A stretch of 63,982 bases of DNA, counting the filler, from an uncultured bacterium (GTDB lineage: Bacteria > CAZDME01 > JAYEMH01), in assembly GCA_964506785.1 (NCBI GenBank). It is 6 parts of 6 records of this genome, joined end to end, with 100 filler letters (N's around TTAATTAATTAA, not from the genome) between each part and the next. Parts side by side here need not be neighbours in the genome. Positions count along the whole stretch, not along the records: positions 46,066 to 56,751 come from CAZDME010000046.1; positions 56,852 to 63,982 come from CAZDME010000063.1; 4 more parts are not named here. One strand, written 5' to 3'. Position numbers and translations under genes: made by a program. Under the pieces are notes generated by a model. It saw nothing but the letters and a program-made list of their open reading frames with translations, ran no database searches and was not told where the DNA came from. Of this stretch, positions 48,649 through 56,852 are shown piece after piece. Every line of letters begins with the position of its first letter. Positions within the stretch are counted from its first letter, which is position 1.

Positions 48649-49221
48649 TCAACACCTCCTGAAATTTAAAATGAAGCCTTTATTGTAATACTCATCATGT
48701 AAAAGAGTCCTTGAAAATTTATCCTCAAGCTTAAAACCTGATTTCTCTATTTCATCCACCAGGCTTTCCAAGTCAACATTGGCTAATTCCATCAAGGGGG
48801 AATCTTCTTGGTGATGTTTCGGGTAGACCGAAAGAAGACCGCCTTTCTTTAAGACCCGGCGGATTTCGTTATAAAGAGCGCTTCTTTTCTTTTTGCCTTC
48901 ATAATGAATAACGTCATAGCACAAAACTGCATCTAAAAAATCATTTTTTAAAGGGATTTTTGAATTTTCTTCTATAAAATCAATATTTGTTATGTTGCTC
49001 TGCTCTACCGTTTTTTTTAACCTATCCAGAGCGCCTTTGTCTTTATCCAGGGCGTAAACTTTAGCCTTTGAGCCCACCACTTTTGCGGCAGGAATGGTGT
49101 AGTGGCCCTCCCCTGAACCAAAATCCAAAACAAGATGGCCGCTTTCGATGCCTACTCCCCGCAGGAAATTTTCCCCATCTTCTTCGAGCCACTTGCTGAT
49201 TTCAATTTTCATCTTCACCAA
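48649..49221 (-). CDS. Class I SAM-dependent methyltransferase
   Basis: VLDFGSGEG, EIRRVLKKGG. Confidence 0.88.
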   Translation of the reverse strand: MVKMKIEISKWLEEDGENFLRGVGIESGHLVLDFGSGEGHYTIPAAKVVGSKAKVYALDKDKGALDRLKKTVEQSNITNIDFIEENSKIPLKNDFLDAVLCYDVIHYEGKKKRSALYNEIRRVLKKGGLLSVYPKHHQEDSPLMELANVDLESLVDEIEKSGFKLEDKFSRTLLHDEYYNKGFILNFRRC

Positions 49222-49226
49222 AGAAA

Positions 49227-49532
49227 TTATTTTTTTTGCCCGGCCACTGTTCCCTTTTTGCCTTCCCCGTCATTCGAACAGGGCGGTTTGTCGCAGCGTT
49301 CCGTCCGGCCGCAACAGGTTTTGTCCGAAGGCTCGCTTTTTTTGTAATCGGCCTTTCTGTAATCAGTGGCATAAAAACCCGAACCTTTGAAAATTATCCC
49401 CATGCCCCGGCCAATCAAACGCTTTATCTCTCCGCCGCACTCCGGACATTTCCTGAGCGGATGAGCGCTCATATTCTGAAATTTTTCAAACTTATAGCCG
49501 CATTCCCGGCATAAATATTCGTAAGTTGGCAT
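49227..49532 (-). CDS. FmdB-family zinc-ribbon protein
   Basis: MPTYEYLCRECG...CPECGG...FKGSGFYATDY. Confidence 0.92.
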   Translation of the reverse strand: MPTYEYLCRECGYKFEKFQNMSAHPLRKCPECGGEIKRLIGRGMGIIFKGSGFYATDYRKADYKKSEPSDKTCCGRTERCDKPPCSNDGEGKKGTVAGQKK

Positions 49533-49534
49533 AG

Positions 49535-50416
49535 TTAACCTTTAGCCTTTAAAATAACATCGCCAATCTGACAGCCGACATCCTTGGCTATTACCGGGCA
49601 TTTTGCCATAAAGAGAAAAAATATCGGCCGCCCGGCCCCGGATAAGGCTTCGAAATTGCCCTGCCCTTTACTGATAATTATATCTGCGGTCCTGTAGATT
49701 TTTAAAAAACTTTTTGAGCATAAAGAAAGAACCGTCCCCGGGGCGTCAGAACCCGAAGAAATAACCCGGGCTAATTTGCCGATGCCAGAGATAACGGCGT
49801 CTTCAATTAAAGCATCGTTAATGACCGGCTTCTCTTTGACCGCATAAATAATCTCTCTGTCTTTATCCGCCCTTTTTATCTCTTCAATAAGAATCCGGTC
49901 GAAAACCGTCTCGCCGGCGTTATCCCCGAGATAAAGAACGGTTTTTGCCTTTTTTAAGGCAGCTTTGAATTTTGCATAATTGAAAACTGCTTTATTTTCT
50001 TCCCTAATGGCCTTATTTTCTTCATCCAGAATTTTAGCCAGCTCCTCATCAACGTTCAGAGAATTTTTTATCCCGTAATCGATAATGTTGCCGGCGACAG
50101 CCAATTCGACAGCCATTAATAATCTATCGGAAGAACGGCTTACTTTCTCTTTTAGCCGGCCGTAAATATTCAAGGCAAGCCGATTGCTTTTCTTCTTTAT
50201 TCCTAAATAAGGGTCTTTTCTTTTGGTTATCTTTTTAACCAGGCCGTAAATAATCCTGCCCATTTCCGGAGGGGAAGCGCTTAAAGGAAACCCGGGTAAG
50301 ATTCCGGCTAATTCATTTAATACCTCCTTTTGCTTTTTCTCGGCAGCACCGGCAATCCTTGAGGCCTCAAGGGCTTGTTTGAAAAAACAGGGGATGCAAT
50401 CCAGATATGTCTTCAT
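49535..50416 (-). CDS. DUF89/ARMT1-like damage-control phosphatase
   Basis: DCIPC, AGNIIDYG, GDNAGE..FD, SKGQGNFE, KC. Confidence 0.92.
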   Translation of the reverse strand: MKTYLDCIPCFFKQALEASRIAGAAEKKQKEVLNELAGILPGFPLSASPPEMGRIIYGLVKKITKRKDPYLGIKKKSNRLALNIYGRLKEKVSRSSDRLLMAVELAVAGNIIDYGIKNSLNVDEELAKILDEENKAIREENKAVFNYAKFKAALKKAKTVLYLGDNAGETVFDRILIEEIKRADKDREIIYAVKEKPVINDALIEDAVISGIGKLARVISSGSDAPGTVLSLCSKSFLKIYRTADIIISKGQGNFEALSGAGRPIFFLFMAKCPVIAKDVGCQIGDVILKAKG

Positions 50417-50616
50417 TTTAAAGATTTATCAATCGTGCCGTCAGGCATCATGTTATCGGGATGATAAGAGCCTTCTTCTTCCATCCGGTGTCTGGCGCAT
50501 TTCAAATAATCACCCCAGCAGTAATTTTCAACCCAGCTCTTATCCAGGGAACCTTCTTCATAAAATCTTTTAAGCGGACAGACATCATACCATTTGCAGG
50601 TTTTCTTAGAGGCCAT
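50413..50616 (-). CDS. Small Cys-rich hypothetical protein
   Basis: CKWYDVCP...[10 protein letters not shown]...HPDNMMPDG; overlaps both neighbours in the operon. Confidence 0.75.
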   Translation of the reverse strand: MASKKTCKWYDVCPLKRFYEEGSLDKSWVENYCWGDYLKCARHRMEEEGSYHPDNMMPDGTIDKSLK

Positions 50617-51496
50617 TTTTATCCATCTGAAGGGTGATTTTATTTATTATTTCATCCATAATTTTTGCGCTTTGCCCCTCTTTGCCAAAATGGATAAAGG
50701 GCCGGCCTTTATCCCCGGATTTCACTATGGCCGCCTCAAACGGAATCCTTCCTAAAAAGGGCACGCCCAAATCAGCGGCGGATTTTTCACCGCCGCCTGT
50801 CCCAAATAAATCTATCTCTTTTTGGCAATGGGGACAGATAAAACCGCTCATATTTTCGATTATCCCCAAAACAGGAACTTTTAGTTCCTTGGCAAAATTA
50901 ACACTTTTCCTTGAATCCAAAATAGCAACATCCTGGGGCGTGGTTACAATAACTGCCCCATATCCCCCCTCAGAACCCCCGCCTCCCTTAGTATTTTCTT
51001 TGCTGTCTCTGCCGGGATGAACACCCTGAATAAGCTGGCAGACGCTTAAAGGTTCGTCTCCTGTTCCCGGAGGAGAATCAATAATCAAAAAATCAAGCTC
51101 ACCCCAGTTGACATCAGCCAAAAATTGTTTTATGGTTATCATCTTAAGCGGGCCGCGCCAGATTATCGGCTGGTCATGGTTCTCAAATAGCAAAGCCAGA
51201 CTTACCGCTTTTAAACCCGGAAAAACGGCGATGGCTTCGATACCCGAGTCAGAAGCAGAAAGCTTGTTTCCTTCAATCCCTAACATCTTGGCGATATTGG
51301 GACCGTGGATATCAATATCCAAAAGACCAACTCTTTTCTTCCCGGCGGCCAACCCATAGGCTAAATTAACAGCGACGGTAGTTTTGCCGACACCGCCCTT
51401 TCCGCTGAGCACCATAATTTTGTATTTTATGCGGGAAAGACGCTCTTTAAGGCGATTGTCCTGAGCCGCCCTTTCCTGTTCGGTCATTTTCTGCAT
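50606..51496 (-). CDS. Mrp/NBP35 (ApbC) Fe-S cluster carrier ATPase
   Basis: [35 protein letters not shown]. Confidence 0.95.
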   Translation of the reverse strand: MQKMTEQERAAQDNRLKERLSRIKYKIMVLSGKGGVGKTTVAVNLAYGLAAGKKRVGLLDIDIHGPNIAKMLGIEGNKLSASDSGIEAIAVFPGLKAVSLALLFENHDQPIIWRGPLKMITIKQFLADVNWGELDFLIIDSPPGTGDEPLSVCQLIQGVHPGRDSKENTKGGGGSEGGYGAVIVTTPQDVAILDSRKSVNFAKELKVPVLGIIENMSGFICPHCQKEIDLFGTGGGEKSAADLGVPFLGRIPFEAAIVKSGDKGRPFIHFGKEGQSAKIMDEIINKITLQMDKNGL

Positions 51497-51527
51497 TACC
51501 CTTTCCTCTATAGCCTGTCAGGACCGG

Positions 51528-52874
51528 CTACGTTTTGCTTATGGCATTCTGGGCGGCTAAAACCACCGGATACATTGTCGGCGCCGAAGTCAAATAAGGA
51601 TGGGTGGCCATCTGCAAGGTCTCAAGTTCGGTTATGGAAACCCTCTGCTGGATAGCCATACCAATAATATTGATTATCTCACCGGCTGATATCCCTCCGG
51701 CAACCTGCCCGCCCATAAGAAGCCCCGACTGACGGGAAAATATCAGTTTTACCTTTATTTTATTTGCGCCGGGAAGACTGCCGGGATGCTTATCGATGCT
51801 TTCAGCTTCCCCGGTAATAATTTCAAACCCTTCCTTTTCGGCGCTTGTCCTGGTAAGACCGGCGGAACCCAAAACCAGACCATCCACATAGGTCGAATAA
51901 ATGGCGATGGTTCCCTTATTCTCGCGGACAACCTTCAAACTGTAGAGATTGGCTCCGGCGATTCTGGCTTCGGCGGTAGCCGTCGAGGCAAGCATTACCG
52001 GCGTATCCCTTCGGGTATAAAAGTCTCTTTTGCCGGCACAATCACCCACGGCAAAAATGTCAGAATCAGCGGTGCGCATATATTCATCTACCCATATCCC
52101 CTTGCCCCGGCCTAAATCCAAACCGGCCTCGGTAGCCAGAATTGTGTTGGGAACGGCACCGATACCTAAAATGACGCTGTCTATTTTTAGCTCTTTGCCG
52201 TTTTTAAAACGCACCCCGGAAACCTTCTCTCTTCCTAAAAACTCAACTACCCGGGTATTGGTTAAAAGGTTAACCCCCTTTGATTTTAATTTCTCCTCCG
52301 CCAGGAGGGAAAACTTTTCGTCAAAAGAGTTGGCCAGAAGGTGGGGAAAAATCTCGGCTAAATAAACCCTGAGACCCTCTATTTTAGAAATTTCATCGGC
52401 AAATTCTACGCCGATAAAACCCCCGCCCAGAACCAATACGTTTTTTGCTTTTCGGAGTCTGGCAACGGTCTTTTCTAAATAATCCATATCTTTATAGACA
52501 GAATAGACGCCTTCTTTTTCAATGCCGGGGATAGGAGGCCTGATAGGCAAGGAACCAACAGCAAGAACTAATTTTTCATATGAATATTTTTGCCCCTTTT
52601 TGCCAGTAACGGTTTTGGTAGCGCGGTCTATCTTTACTACCTTATCGATGAGGACTTCTATCTTATTCTTATGCAAAATATCCATTCCCATCTTATTTTC
52701 TCCGGGATTCTTCAAACTCCAGAACATATAGGGAATACCGCAGGGAATACAGCCTTGAGAGACATCCTTTATAATCAGAATATTCTTGTCCGGATAATAC
52801 CTCTTGGCGGTAGTGGCGCTGACTAATCCCGCCGGGCCGCCGCCAATAATGAGAATGTCTGTCTTTTTATTCAT
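51528..52874 (-). CDS. FAD-dependent pyridine nucleotide-disulfide oxidoreductase (CoA-disulfide reductase/NADH oxidase-like); start at ATG 52874
   Basis: GGGPAG, PCGIPY, GGGFIGVE, FAVGDCA. Confidence 0.9.
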   Translation of the reverse strand: MNKKTDILIIGGGPAGLVSATTAKRYYPDKNILIIKDVSQGCIPCGIPYMFWSLKNPGENKMGMDILHKNKIEVLIDKVVKIDRATKTVTGKKGQKYSYEKLVLAVGSLPIRPPIPGIEKEGVYSVYKDMDYLEKTVARLRKAKNVLVLGGGFIGVEFADEISKIEGLRVYLAEIFPHLLANSFDEKFSLLAEEKLKSKGVNLLTNTRVVEFLGREKVSGVRFKNGKELKIDSVILGIGAVPNTILATEAGLDLGRGKGIWVDEYMRTADSDIFAVGDCAGKRDFYTRRDTPVMLASTATAEARIAGANLYSLKVVRENKGTIAIYSTYVDGLVLGSAGLTRTSAEKEGFEIITGEAESIDKHPGSLPGANKIKVKLIFSRQSGLLMGGQVAGGISAGEIINIIGMAIQQRVSITELETLQMATHPYLTSAPTMYPVVLAAQNAISKT

Positions 52875-52950
52875 AGACTTCCTTTCTGTATATAAAAAGC
52901 TCAGCCGGCTTATCTGAACCGATAACTGAATGAGTCGGCAAGAAGGAGTA

Positions 52951-53175
52951 TCAGGCCCTGACCATCTTGGCGCCACATTTGGGACAATTCAAAGAGTAAC
53001 AGGGAACTCCTGCCTGATGAGATGCCTTGGCACCACAACTGGGACAAAGACAATTACCCGCCGGACCGGCTCCGGGACGATTGCCGCCGAGCCTGCCCCG
53101 GCCGCCGCCTCCACCCATACCTCTACCAGTTCCCGGACCTCCTCCGGAAGGACCGGTTCCGTCTCCTCTTGGCAT
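52951..53175 (-). CDS. DUF5320-like Gly/Arg-rich protein with C-terminal Cys cluster
   Basis: MPRGDGTGP start; CLCPSCG...H..G.PC....CPKCG; AAGGAGG RBS. Confidence 0.85.
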   Translation of the reverse strand: MPRGDGTGPSGGGPGTGRGMGGGGGRGRLGGNRPGAGPAGNCLCPSCGAKASHQAGVPCYSLNCPKCGAKMVRA

Positions 53176-53194
53176 AACGTACCTCCTTTAAAAT

Positions 53195-53306
53195 AAAGTG
53201 TCAGAGTGTCAAAGTATCAAAGTGTCAAAACATCAAAGTGTCAGAGTATCAAAGTGTCAAAGTGTCAGAGTATCAAAGTGTCAGAGTATCAAAGCATCAA
53301 AGTATC
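53195..53306. repeat. Degenerate 8-bp tandem array, 14 units, consensus A(A/G)AGT(G/A)TC
   Basis: Counted directly; fills the intergenic space. Confidence 0.95.
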
Positions 53307-53309
53307 AAA

Positions 53310-53684
53310 TTATTTGGGCGGCGGGACGCCGAATTTTGAGCCGACGCTCGGACCCCCGGTAGATTTAAACCCACCTTTTTTATATTTCTCAACGGCTTCT
53401 TTAACCGTCCCTGAAACCCCGGTAACTATCTCTATCCCGGCGGCCTGCAGGGTTTGAAAAGCGTTGGGGCCGACATTACCGGTAAGCACGGCTTTTACTT
53501 TCTTTTCGGCAACAAACTGGCCGGACTGAACCCCGGCACCACCCATCGCTGCGATATTGGAATTCTCTACCGCCTCAATGGCCAAAGTGTCAGTATCAAC
53601 AATAACAAAGTAGCGGCAGCGGCCAAAACGGGGGTCAACATCAGAATCTAAAGTGTTGCCGACAGAAGTAAGACAAACCTTCAT
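53310..53684 (-). CDS. NifB/NifX-family protein
   Basis: [23 protein letters not shown]. Confidence 0.92.
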   Translation of the reverse strand: MKVCLTSVGNTLDSDVDPRFGRCRYFVIVDTDTLAIEAVENSNIAAMGGAGVQSGQFVAEKKVKAVLTGNVGPNAFQTLQAAGIEIVTGVSGTVKEAVEKYKKGGFKSTGGPSVGSKFGVPPPK

Positions 53685-53698
53685 AGTTCCTCCTTTAA

Positions 53699-54097
53699 TT
53701 AATGTCCACCATCTTTATCGTCAGGATGGTCACATTCTTCCTTTTCTAATCCATACCCCCTGCCTGCACCGGGATTGCATAGACTTTCGCCGCCTTCCAA
53801 AGTGCCGCTTTTAAGTTTTTCTATGACCTCATCAATACGGCCGGTAATACCAGTAATTGTCTCTATGCCAAATTCATTAAAAAATCCGGCCGCCCGCATG
53901 CCCATACCGCCGCAAATAATAAACTGAACACCCTGCCGGTGTAAAAATTGCGGGATAGCTCCGGGCTGATGCCCGGGATTATCGACTGTCTCTTTTTTTA
54001 CCACCCGGCCGTCTTTAATGTCTATAAGGGTGAATAAAGGGCAACGGCCAAAGTGCGCAGATACAGAATCACCATCCGTAGATATGGCTACCCGCAT
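53699..54097 (-). CDS. NifB/NifX-family protein
   Basis: [22 protein letters not shown]. Confidence 0.92.
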   Translation of the reverse strand: MRVAISTDGDSVSAHFGRCPLFTLIDIKDGRVVKKETVDNPGHQPGAIPQFLHRQGVQFIICGGMGMRAAGFFNEFGIETITGITGRIDEVIEKLKSGTLEGGESLCNPGAGRGYGLEKEECDHPDDKDGGH

Positions 54098-54133
54098 AAA
54101 AATCCTCCATTTATTAGTATTCCGCTCAAAAGA

Positions 54134-54162
54134 AGTAGGCAGGAAAATTTGTCCTACCTACT
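54134..54162 (-). terminator. Stem-loop after the DUF5320 gene
   Basis: 11-bp stem with one G-U pair, followed by TCTTTT on the minus strand. Confidence 0.55.
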
Positions 54163-54195
54163 CCGGCTTACTAAAAAGCTTTATGTTGAGCGTTC

Positions 54196-54558
54196 TTATT
54201 TACTCTTTTTTGCCGCAGATTCCAATTCACTAATCCTATCGTTAACCGCCTTGAGCTCTTCCTGCATGGCTTTGGCTTGCTCTTTAAGCATCTCCGCTTC
54301 CTGTTGAGGAGCAACTTGCGGAACATACGGATTGGCGTAAGGCACTCCGTAATAATCTGCCGCATATGGATATGCCCCTCGGCCCCAGCCACGGCCTCGG
54401 CCCCAACCTCGGCCTCGACCCCAGCCGCGGCCAAAGCCCCAGCCTCTGCCGGAAACCGGATTCGCATACCCAGGCATCGAATAACCGGCACAATAACCGG
54501 CCGCACGACCGGTCATCGGCCCCATTCCTGCTGGCCCTGTTCTGTCTCCACCTGGCAT
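54196..54558 (-). CDS. DUF5320 family protein
   Basis: MPGGDRTGPAGMGPMTGRAAGYC, GRGWGR repeats, C-terminal coiled coil. Confidence 0.9.
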   Translation of the reverse strand: MPGGDRTGPAGMGPMTGRAAGYCAGYSMPGYANPVSGRGWGFGRGWGRGRGWGRGRGWGRGAYPYAADYYGVPYANPYVPQVAPQQEAEMLKEQAKAMQEELKAVNDRISELESAAKKSK

Positions 54559-54619
54559 TTTAATCACCTCCTCTTTTTATTAAAATTAATCGGAAATTTG
54601 TCTTATTAAAATCGCAAAG

Positions 54620-55096
54620 TTATTTTTTTTGCCTGCATTTTTCACATAAACCGTGAAATTGAACTATATGTTTCAAAATCTTAAAATTGTACTTATCGGA
54701 AAGACCTTTTTCGATTTTTTTTAATAATTCTTTTTCATCTTCAAGAGAATCGCTGTAGTCAATAATCCGGTTACAATTAACACATACCAGGTGATGATGA
54801 TGGTAGCTCTGAGCCTCCGGTTTTCGCACTAATTCATACCTGGCCCGGCCGTCTCCAAAATCAAATTTAAATACTAAACCAAGCTGGATGAGCAATTCTA
54901 AAGTGCGGTAAACAGTAGAAAGGCCGCTATGGGGGTAAATCTTATGCACCCCCAGATATATTTCTTCGGCACTTAAATGTTTTGAGGTTCTATTTAAGAC
55001 ATCCAGGACCGCCTGTCTTGATAAGGTAAGCCGATAGCCGTAGCCCCTGAATCTGCCATGACACCAAGCTTGACCTCCGCCAAAACCCCTGGGCAT
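54620..55096 (-). CDS. Fur-family transcriptional regulator
   Basis: HLSAEEIY, STVYRTLELL, HHHHLVCVNC, CEKC. Confidence 0.93.
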   Translation of the reverse strand: MPRGFGGGQAWCHGRFRGYGYRLTLSRQAVLDVLNRTSKHLSAEEIYLGVHKIYPHSGLSTVYRTLELLIQLGLVFKFDFGDGRARYELVRKPEAQSYHHHHLVCVNCNRIIDYSDSLEDEKELLKKIEKGLSDKYNFKILKHIVQFHGLCEKCRQKK

Positions 55097-55110
55097 GCTG
55101 CCTCCTTATT

Positions 55111-55159
55111 GATAATGGTTCTCATTATTAAGTATACGTTACGAGAGAACTTCTGTCAA
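55111..55159 (-). promoter_or_regulatory. sigma70 promoter with Fur box over the predicted start site
   Basis: TTGACA-17-TATACT (55159-55131); GATAATGGTTCTCATTATT (55111-55129) matches the classical Fur box at 15/19. Confidence 0.85.
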
Positions 55160-55187
55160 GTTTTTTTTAATTTTTGGCTGCCTTTTT

Positions 55188-56459
55188 CTATAAGCTTCTA
55201 TTTTTGCGGAGAGTATAGACGGCACTCTCGCCGGCCAGAAAACCGGTCGAAAATGCCTGCTGTAAATTATATCCGCCGCTTGAAGCGCAGCCGTCTATAA
55301 TTTCACCGGCGAAATAAAAACCGGGGATAATCTTCGACTCCATGCTTCTGGGGTCAATTTCCTTTCTTGAAACTCCACCGTTGGTAACCATGGCTTCTTC
55401 GATAGGTAAAGAGCCCTTAATAGTCAAAGGAAATGCCTTTAAAAATTTTATTAATGCCTGGCGTTCTTTACGGCTGACTTGATTGATTTTCTTTTGGGGC
55501 AGGAGACCGGCTATATTAAGGAATATAGATATTAACCTTTGCGGCAATAAACTTTTCAGGATATTTTTTAGCCGGGCGTTCCTTTGGGCATCGAATTCTC
55601 TTAATAACCTCGCCTCAAGCTCCTCCGGCTTCAGCCCGGGCTTGAGGTCAATAAAGAGAAAAATCTTTTCGTGTTTACCAAGGAGAGAAACAATCCTGCC
55701 GCTTAAATCCAAAACCAAGGGACCGGAAAGGCCGAAATGGGTGAAAATGAGCTCTCCTATATCAGAGGTTATTTTTTTTCGGCCGTATTTAAAAATCAGA
55801 CGGATGTTCTTTAATGAAAGGCCGGCCAAGTCTTTTACCCAGACTTCTTCGGTCTTCAGGGGAACCAAAGCCGGTTTTAAAGAAATTATGCTATGGCCCA
55901 ATTTTTTGGCCAGGCGAAAACCGTCACCCGAGGAGCCGGTTATTTTATAGGAAGCGCCGCCGGCAGCCAATATTACCTTTTTGGCATAAATTTTATCCCT
56001 TTTTTCCGTCTCCAGTTCGAAAAGGCCTTTTTGTTTCTTTATATCCTTCAGGCGCGTATCGTATAAAACCTTTATTTTATTCTTTAATAAGGACTTTTTT
56101 AAAATTTCTACGACAGAAGAGGCTCTGTCGGTAACCGGGAAAACACGCCCCTGTCTTTCTGTCTTCAAAAGAAGACCACCCTTTTTAAAAAAATCCATCA
56201 AATCGCGGTTAGAAAAAACAGAAAAGGCTGACCGAAAAAAACTGCCCTCTTTGCCAAAGACCTCTATGAATGTTTCTATAGGGGCAAGATTAGTAATATT
56301 GCACCTGCCCCGGCCGGTAAGAAGAATCTTTTTGCCGATTGAGCTGTTTTTTTCAATTAAAATTACATTTTTCTTATGCCAACCGGCACGGATAGCAGAC
56401 ATAACTCCGGCCGGACCGGCGCCGACTACAGCAATGTCATAAATGAAATTATTTATCAC
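55188..56459 (-). CDS. HI0933/BaiN-family flavoprotein
   Basis: GAGPAG, GKKILLTGRGRCNITN, FTHFGLSGP, GGYNLQQAFSTG. Confidence 0.93.
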   Translation of the reverse strand: MINNFIYDIAVVGAGPAGVMSAIRAGWHKKNVILIEKNSSIGKKILLTGRGRCNITNLAPIETFIEVFGKEGSFFRSAFSVFSNRDLMDFFKKGGLLLKTERQGRVFPVTDRASSVVEILKKSLLKNKIKVLYDTRLKDIKKQKGLFELETEKRDKIYAKKVILAAGGASYKITGSSGDGFRLAKKLGHSIISLKPALVPLKTEEVWVKDLAGLSLKNIRLIFKYGRKKITSDIGELIFTHFGLSGPLVLDLSGRIVSLLGKHEKIFLFIDLKPGLKPEELEARLLREFDAQRNARLKNILKSLLPQRLISIFLNIAGLLPQKKINQVSRKERQALIKFLKAFPLTIKGSLPIEEAMVTNGGVSRKEIDPRSMESKIIPGFYFAGEIIDGCASSGGYNLQQAFSTGFLAGESAVYTLRKNRSL

Positions 56460-56751
56460 TATATTTGTTTTCCATTAGTTTTTCATCAAGCTTAGAATAT
56501 GTAAAGTCATCTTTAAAAATGTTAACTGTTTCTAAAGGAATCCCTAAATCTTTTAAAACAATTTTCATTCGCTCTACTAAAAGATTACGGAAATCATTTG
56601 TATTTTTCCCATCGGTGGTATACCAATTACAAAAATGATTATTGGGCAGTACTATGCTGAAATCTTCGGGCCGACGTTCCAATTCGCTATTCGGAGCCAC
56701 TATGCAGGATGAAAGGTTTAATACCTTATTAATTATCTCTCTATTCTGAAC
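56449..56751 (-). CDS. Hypothetical protein, C-terminal fragment
   Basis: Frame stays open to the contig edge; no recognised motif. Confidence 0.5.
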   Translation of the reverse strand, partial: VQNREIINKVLNLSSCIVAPNSELERRPEDFSIVLPNNHFCNWYTTDGKNTNDFRNLLVERMKIVLKDLGIPLETVNIFKDDFTYSKLDEKLMENKYSDK

Positions 56752-56851
56752 NNNNNNNNNNNNNNNNNNNNNNNNNNNNNNNNNNNNNNNNNNNNTTAAT
56801 TAATTAANNNNNNNNNNNNNNNNNNNNNNNNNNNNNNNNNNNNNNNNNNNN
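56752..56851. other. Artificial contig linker
   Basis: N44-TTAATTAATTAA-N44. Confidence 0.98.
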
Positions 56852-56852
56852 T

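Noticed and set aside
48649-48660. Cys-TGA end as possible selenocysteine
   Set aside because: The TGA sits between the next gene's RBS and ATG; no SECIS-like hairpin recognised.
53195-53457. CRISPR array, or the plus-strand ORF MSKYQSVKTSKCQ...
   Set aside because: 8-bp units without unique spacers and no cas genes; the ORF is a translation of the repeat plus antisense nifX.
47922-54097. Nitrogen fixation genes
   Set aside because: NifB/NifX-like domains occur widely outside diazotrophs; no nifHDK here.
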